A stretch of 13,003 bases of DNA from an uncultured Oligoflexus sp. (lineage in GTDB: Bacteria > Bdellovibrionota_B > Oligoflexia > Oligoflexales > Oligoflexaceae), in the NCBI GenBank assembly GCA_964236955.1, contig CAXSGP010000117.1, positions 1 to 13,003 on the forward strand, in the 5' to 3' direction. Each line of letters starts with the position of its first letter. Position 1 is the first letter of the stretch. The translations under genes were made by a program, and so were the position numbers. The notes beneath the pieces are model-generated. The model was not told the origin of the DNA. It saw nothing but the letters and a program-made list of their open reading frames with translations, and searched no databases. Below, in pieces: positions 8,334-13,003 of this stretch.

Positions 8334-8801
8334 TTAGTCAAAATTCAAGAAAATACGCGAGTTTGCGGATATAAGGTCGATCAAGTTGTGAGTACGAGCA
8401 TCGATGTTATCGTTGAACGCTGCAGCAGTCGTTGGGGCAACTTATCCGCTATGTTGTTAGCGCCGACAGTGATTTTTCCGTTGTTGGCAAAGTCGTCCCC
8501 AACGTGGAGGTCGTCAAGTTTTTGATCTTGTAAACTTCGCCAGCATAAGGGTGAGAACCATTGTTCCTTTGAACGCCTGCATAAACTGCGGCAAGATTCC
8601 AAGCGAGAGAGGCAAGACTTTTCCATTTTGGAATGGATCCACGACCACCGCCAGCGGCATCCATAAAAGTTCCGACAACGTTAAGAAACGGAGAATTTGC
8701 AACCGCTTGGTATTTGTAGTCGATCTAATGGGTGGATCAGGGACTTGAATGTACGTCTTAACGAAGTAGCCGACATTCGCAACCCCAAACAAATTTACCA
8801 C
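8334..8801 (-). pseudogene. Frameshifted remnant of an unknown protein
   Basis: Three overlapping minus-strand ORFs whose most protein-like parts join end to end if three single-base deletions are assumed. Confidence 0.4.
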
Positions 8802-9149
8802 GCGGGATTACGGGGCTCTTCCTACTGCTGATTTACTGTTCACACGACTGACCAGCCTCATGACAGTTGTCTTAGGAAAGGCGTATTACACGGATTTTTT
8901 TGCAAGCAAAATCATCGTCCCACTCTTGGTTCCTAATTTGCATTCCCTTTCAGGCCGGACCCCATCCGCCATCGAAAAGAAAGCTTATTTATGCGCCCTT
9001 AATTGAACTGATAGCAGACCTCACTTGCATTACGAACAGCGGTTTTAGCTAGAAACCTATGGTCGCGACGGGCATTTGAGTATGGTGATATCCTAGTCTT
9101 TTTATCGCGAACAATGCCTATTAAAATGCGCACATAAAAAGGCTTTCGT

Positions 9150-9480
9150 CTAAGCATTTTCCAGATGCTTTGTTGCTCCCTGCCTGCATGGTGCACGCTT
9201 AGACTCTGGATCACATAAAAACCCTAGTGTAACAGTGGAGGCTTTATTTTGGAAAAAGTCTATGCACATGGAAATCGTAAGCTCCCATGGACTGGTCCAT
9301 CCTTTCGAGACACGGGCTAGAGGGCGTCGTGAGAATAAGCTTGTCATAGGCGTAGAGAAAACGTCGGCTTGCTTCGATGATAAGTAAGGACTTCTGCAAA
9401 TAGTGAACGATATCAACAGCGACGTAGAAGCATTGTATAAATCCTATGATAACGATATCGAGATCAATTTTTTTTTGCAT
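9150..9480 (-). pseudogene. Degraded FAD-dependent pyridine nucleotide-disulfide oxidoreductase (NADH oxidase/CoA-disulfide reductase-like) remnant
   Basis: Start DIVIIG...KSLLIIEA resembles the first Rossmann motif with GxGxxG eroded. YDKLILTTPSSP resembles YDKLILATGSxP. Another frame gives VTLGFLCDPESKR, like the C-terminal LxFDPxTxR motif. Confidence 0.4.
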
Positions 9481-9641
9481 TCCTTATAAATACTGATTTT
9501 TATAGAGATAAAATACGCCTCCCCACGAAAGTTGACTGAAATTGAGCTTAAGATTAATTATTTAAATTTTGGCGCACAAAAAAAGCTGTACTTTATGACA
9601 CAACCGTATTATTAATTCTTCGCCATCACAGGAGAACAAGC

Positions 9642-10439
9642 ATGAAAATCGCATCTCAGATCCCGTTCAAAGTAATGACAATGTTAGCGTTCAATCTTTT
9701 GGTAGTAAACTGCTCCGTCGATCACTCGAAAGCCCCAACTTTTGCACAAGTAACCCCAGTCCTAGAGAAAACCAAGGAACAGCCGCCTGCTTCGGAAGCC
9801 GGCGCAGTTATGGATGCGTCCATGAATGTTTCTGCCGAAGCTCCCAAGGTTGACGTCACGGCAAAAAGCGAAGCGGTGAAGCCTTTAGAAACCCCAGCAG
9901 TTACCGACGCTGCCGCGATTATTCCCGCAGAGGCTGCCAGGGCAGAAGCTATAGTAAAAAGCGAGGAGGCGAAACCCCTGGAACCCGTTGCGCCGAAAGC
10001 AGCTGAAGCTGTTCCCGTTAAGACTAGTGTAAGTACATCCGCAGTCGATCAAAAAGTTGCAGACGGAAAGGTCGCTCAAGGTCCTTTGGCCACAGAGATG
10101 GCGCTAGTAAAACCAGCGACAACGGAATTGAGTCCTAAAGAATTTGAAGAATTGGAAGACCGTGCTCTTACCGTTTTGCAAACCTGTGCCATGTGTCATA
10201 ACTATGGTAACGACCAGAAACCATACTTTACTTATAGCCCCCATCTCAATGAAATTCTTACTGCCTATTCTAAAAAAGCTATGTTCAAACTTGATAATAA
10301 TCTGATGCCTCCCCCTGAATCGGATTTGAAGATCACCGCTCAGGAACGCAAAGATCTTCGCCATTATTTCGAAATATTAAACTCTCGCCCAGTGGTGGCT
10401 GCACCAGTTCAGCCAAGTGTAGGTTCTAGCAGTTTTTAA
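9642..10439 (+). CDS. Monoheme cytochrome c lipoprotein with long Ala/Pro/Glu/Lys-rich tether, 265 aa
   Basis: AGGAG RBS. Signal ends LVVN-C (weak lipobox). Low-complexity linker, then CAMCH heme motif and MPP distal-ligand motif followed by ITAQERKDL helix. Confidence 0.8.
   Translation: MKIASQIPFKVMTMLAFNLLVVNCSVDHSKAPTFAQVTPVLEKTKEQPPASEAGAVMDASMNVSAEAPKVDVTAKSEAVKPLETPAVTDAAAIIPAEAARAEAIVKSEEAKPLEPVAPKAAEAVPVKTSVSTSAVDQKVADGKVAQGPLATEMALVKPATTELSPKEFEELEDRALTVLQTCAMCHNYGNDQKPYFTYSPHLNEILTAYSKKAMFKLDNNLMPPPESDLKITAQERKDLRHYFEILNSRPVVAAPVQPSVGSSSF
9864..9983 (+). repeat. Degenerate in-frame internal duplication (93 nt period) in the tether
   Basis: KSEAVKPLE (9864) and KSEEAKPLE (9957). 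Confidence 0.55.
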
Positions 10440-10560
10440 GGGGCTAAGGCAGAAAGGGAGCGACGACTGTGGCTATTGCTGGCGCCTAAATAGCTTGCCG
10501 GAAATTCTACAGCCTTTCAAACCTGATTAATGTAGGAGTCAGAGGACTCTAGGCTAAGAT

Positions 10561-10597
10561 AAGATGGGTCAGCTTCCACCGAAGCTGGCCCAATCTT
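10561..10597. other. Stable RNA hairpin
   Basis: AAGAT-GGGTCAGCTTC-cacc-GAAGCTGGCCC-a-ATCTT. Confidence 0.6.
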
Positions 10598-10600
10598 ATA

Positions 10601-10633
10601 GGCGAAGGCATGTCAGCCTTCGCCGCTTTTTTT
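10601..10633 (+). terminator. Intrinsic (Rho-independent) terminator
   Basis: GGCGAAGGC-atgtca-GCCTTCGCC perfect 9-bp stem followed by gcTTTTTTT. Confidence 0.8.
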
Positions 10634-10765
10634 CATGATAAAATCTCTTCTCAAGCTGCAAGGCTTAGATTTTCTGCCCTGGGTTGTGCTAACAAAGTTT
10701 CGTGCTTTCCCATTTCGAGCAATGTTTTTCCTAGATTTAACGTCGTGGTTCAGCCATCTGATTTC

Positions 10766-11389
10766 TCAACTGTGAGAACTAAGCCTATACTGGTGGACCT
10801 TGTCCCTAGAGAACCAAAGCAGGATAGTGATTAATAATAGGGGCAGGAATACTTGGTCGGATTCAGCGGCATTTAGCGGCCGGGTTCTTATCTCACGGTG
10901 TAAAACGTTGAATTCAAGCCCTGAAATCCAAGCGATCAGCTCACGAATAAACCGTAGATTCTCGCCTTTCATCGTGGCCTTTGTCGCTTGCGCTAACGCA
11001 AATCGCACAAAAGGGACGAAGGTATTCTTAGACCAGAAGGCATCACGGTTTGCGACAAGCTCTTCCCACTCCGGGGTCGGTTGGATTGCTTGATGCCTCG
11101 GTTTGGCGAAGAGCATTTCCAACTGCGTGGACTGGCCCTGCGCAGCAAGCATTATGAATTGCCTTAAAGAGAAGTATTTGCAGTCAGCATCACCAGCGAC
11201 GTTTCGAGGTCCGACCGAGTTCTTTTCATTCTCATTGAGTTCAGCGGGATATGGCTCGAGCCCAAGGATGTCATCGGCAGACGGTAGGTAGACCCCAGCA
11301 TAATCCCGATCCGAATACTCGTTATCCAAACCATACAAGTGACTACCAATGATGATTTTGCATATTTTCTTACGATCCATAGCCTTCAT
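10766..11389 (-). CDS. Pol-beta superfamily nucleotidyltransferase (RlaP/YcgL/T4 NrdC.11-like), probably 3'-truncated
   Basis: GSHLYGLDNEYSDRDYAGVY (GS...DxD) motif, then YFSLRQFIMLAAQG...LEMLF and FALAQATKATMKGENL. The tail after about residue 165 is not family-like. The start may be ATG 11380. Confidence 0.75.
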   Translation of the reverse strand: MKAMDRKKICKIIIGSHLYGLDNEYSDRDYAGVYLPSADDILGLEPYPAELNENEKNSVGPRNVAGDADCKYFSLRQFIMLAAQGQSTQLEMLFAKPRHQAIQPTPEWEELVANRDAFWSKNTFVPFVRFALAQATKATMKGENLRFIRELIAWISGLEFNVLHREIRTRPLNAAESDQVFLPLLLITILLWFSRDKVHQYRLSSHS

Positions 11390-12107
11390 GTCTTTCTGCG
11401 TATTTCTTTTTGGCTTTAACTTGGATGATCTTTTCGTCGGGAATGATTACAGCCGTTAGCGACCCACCAAAGACGCACCCGGTGTCAATGCCGGTGGTAA
11501 GGCCTTGAATGTTCGGCTCGCTGTAAAGCGTATGCCCGTAGATCACTCTTTCAGCCCCATCGTAGAGCTCTTGCCAGGAAGCATAGCCATGAGCCCTTGA
11601 TTCTTCATTGGTGTACTGACCTTGTTTCCTTGTCCAGCGGATATCTCCGGGTCGATCGGGGTGGATCATTTGCATATAGAGCACAGTTCGGTCTTGTTCG
11701 TGTATGGCCCTGCCTGGGAATAATCCCGCATGGACAAGAATGAGGTTATGCTCATCGATCACATGGAGCTTGGGCAAGGCCCTGATATATGCAATGTCAT
11801 CCACCGACAGCCCTTGAGCAATAGCCAAGCGTTCGCCTTTGGCGGCAGACATTTTAGAGGGATCAAAGTCGGGTTTATTCATTTGGTCGATGACATTGAG
11901 CAGGGAACTCTCGTGGTTGCCCATCACCCCGGTAATCCCATTCTCGCGGCAGTATCGGACAACGCCTACGCTGTCAGGGCCACGATCAACGAGGTCGCCT
12001 AGATGGTATATTTCCGTAATGCTCTCGGAGCGCAGCTTCTCATGCAGGGCCTTGAGTTCATCAATGCAGCCGTGGATATCTCCGATAATTGCGATGCGCG
12101 AAGCCAT
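11370..12107 (-). CDS. Calcineurin-like metallophosphoesterase (ApaH/PrpE/Pnkp-phosphatase-like), 245 aa
   Basis: All motifs intact: GDIHG, GDLVDRG, GNHE, VHAG, YGHT and IDTGCVFGGSLTA. Confidence 0.93.
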   Translation of the reverse strand: MASRIAIIGDIHGCIDELKALHEKLRSESITEIYHLGDLVDRGPDSVGVVRYCRENGITGVMGNHESSLLNVIDQMNKPDFDPSKMSAAKGERLAIAQGLSVDDIAYIRALPKLHVIDEHNLILVHAGLFPGRAIHEQDRTVLYMQMIHPDRPGDIRWTRKQGQYTNEESRAHGYASWQELYDGAERVIYGHTLYSEPNIQGLTTGIDTGCVFGGSLTAVIIPDEKIIQVKAKKKYAERHEGYGS

Positions 12108-12423
12108 CAGTTGTTATTGATGCCTCAATTCCGGTTGATGCCCATATATTCAGTCGTCGGATATTTTCAGGACTTAGGCGGATCAAGGTCTTACCCTCAA
12201 CCGTTTTAATTAGGTCTTTCGAAGGTAGCTTAGAAAGCAGCTCTTCGATTCGAGCATTACCCAACAAACCGCTACCAAGCTCAACACCGGCCAAAGGACC
12301 GGGCATTTCTTCTAAGGCGGCCTCAGAGGTCATGGCTTGAGGAGTTCCACCGCTAGTGCCACCGCCAAATAAGGTCGATGCAAAGAGAAGCTGTGAAGCC
12401 ATGAGCATTAATTTAGTCTTCCT
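12061..12423 (-). pseudogene. Small secreted hypothetical protein with apparent start-codon mutation (ATG to AGG); may still be translated from ATG 12408
   Basis: AGGAGG (12432-12437) lies 8 nt before an in-frame AGG (12421-12423). This gives [M]KTKLMLMASQLLFASTLFG-GGTSGGTP, a classical signal peptide. The 3' end runs 47 nt into the phosphatase gene. Confidence 0.55.
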
Positions 12424-12637
12424 TGCAAGCTCCTCCTGTGCGCTCGGCGTTTAAGATAGGCCCCATGTATAAACCGGAAACGATCAGTTCATCGCCCGAG
12501 TACTGCTCATCCTTCTCAATAGCCTCCGCCGCTTCTTCGAAGCCACGGTAAGCTTTATAGTAAGCAACTAAGCCTTTATCATTCAAAGCCACTGAGTGAT
12601 TTCGAATAAAAGAACCGGGCCGATCGAGCTGAAGCAA
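12413..12637 (-). other. Short ORF, possible fragment of an unknown gene
   Basis: 74 codons from TTG, no RBS seen. Protein-like composition but no recognisable motif. Confidence 0.2.
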
Positions 12638-12833
12638 AGAGATATTCGCGTTAGCGTGTTTTAAGCAAAATCGAATGCGGCGACCGATGGTTCTTGCTCA
12701 TCGGCGATGATAACGACCCGCTTTCTCCGACGATAACGAGCTTCTTGGTTATCAAATCATTCAGCGCAGCCGAGTCGCGTGAGCCAAATTCACTCACGAA
12801 TCAAGGGCAAGAAGCACAGTCCCGTGTGCCTGC

Positions 12834-13003
12834 CTATAGGTCTGACGAATTGCATGTAAGTTTTTCCATTTTCATCGTGGTTTTGATGTTTTCGCGGATC
12901 GAGTTCGACATGCCATCGACCATCATACAATTGCTTTACATTCTTCTATGAAAATCTCTTGTGATCCAAGAGCGTCGTGACAATGATGATCTCCTCAGGT
13001 CGG
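12834..13003 (-). mobile_element. IS4-family DDE transposase pseudogene fragment (continues beyond the window)
   Basis: Minus strand reads RPEEIIIVTTLLDHKRFS*KNVKQLYDGRWHVELD/IKTTMKMEKLTC, containing the IS4 Y-x2-R-W-x2-E-x6-K (YREK) signature. Internal TAG at 12946-12948 and a frameshift near 12890. Confidence 0.85.

Noticed and set aside
9532..9561. TTGACT...TAATTA as a sigma70 promoter for 9642
   Set aside because: The -10 match is weak in an AT-rich tract; not supportable without TSS data.
9569..9586. TTGGCGCACAAAAAAAGC as a third sigma54 promoter
   Set aside because: GG to GC spacing is 12 rather than 10, and TTGC is absent.
10766..11389. CBASS/CD-NTase or MNT-HEPN toxin-antitoxin assignment
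   Set aside because: Motifs fit the RlaP/NrdC.11-like family, and no effector or HEPN partner is visible.
1..13003. CRISPR array, tRNA, rRNA or recognisable riboswitch
   Set aside because: No regularly spaced repeats or diagnostic RNA motifs seen by eye on either strand.

Overview
AT-leaning bacterial chromosomal window. The protein style suggests a predatory Bdellovibrionota/Oligoflexia-like organism; this is inference, since no marker gene is present. Two intact minus-strand operons of secreted lipoproteins each sit behind a near-consensus sigma54 (-24/-12) promoter. The first is a tandem pair of paralogous MACPF/CDC-like putative pore-forming lipoproteins (1456-4368). The second is a pair of monoheme c-type cytochrome lipoproteins, one with a TolB-like beta-propeller (4825-8154). 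Also present are a secreted papain-like (C1) protein that stops before its catalytic His/Asn, a plus-strand monoheme cytochrome c on an Ala/Pro/Glu-rich tether followed by hairpins and a terminator, and a coupled ApaH/PrpE-like metallophosphoesterase plus a 3'-truncated Pol-beta (RlaP/T4 NrdC.11-like) nucleotidyltransferase. The spacers hold many gene relics: a trpA C-terminus, a multiply frameshifted unknown gene, a probable flavin-disulfide reductase remnant, a secreted-protein gene whose ATG appears mutated to AGG, and an IS4-family transposase fragment. The best candidate for an undescribed system is the sigma54-controlled two-gene MACPF-like lipoprotein pair.
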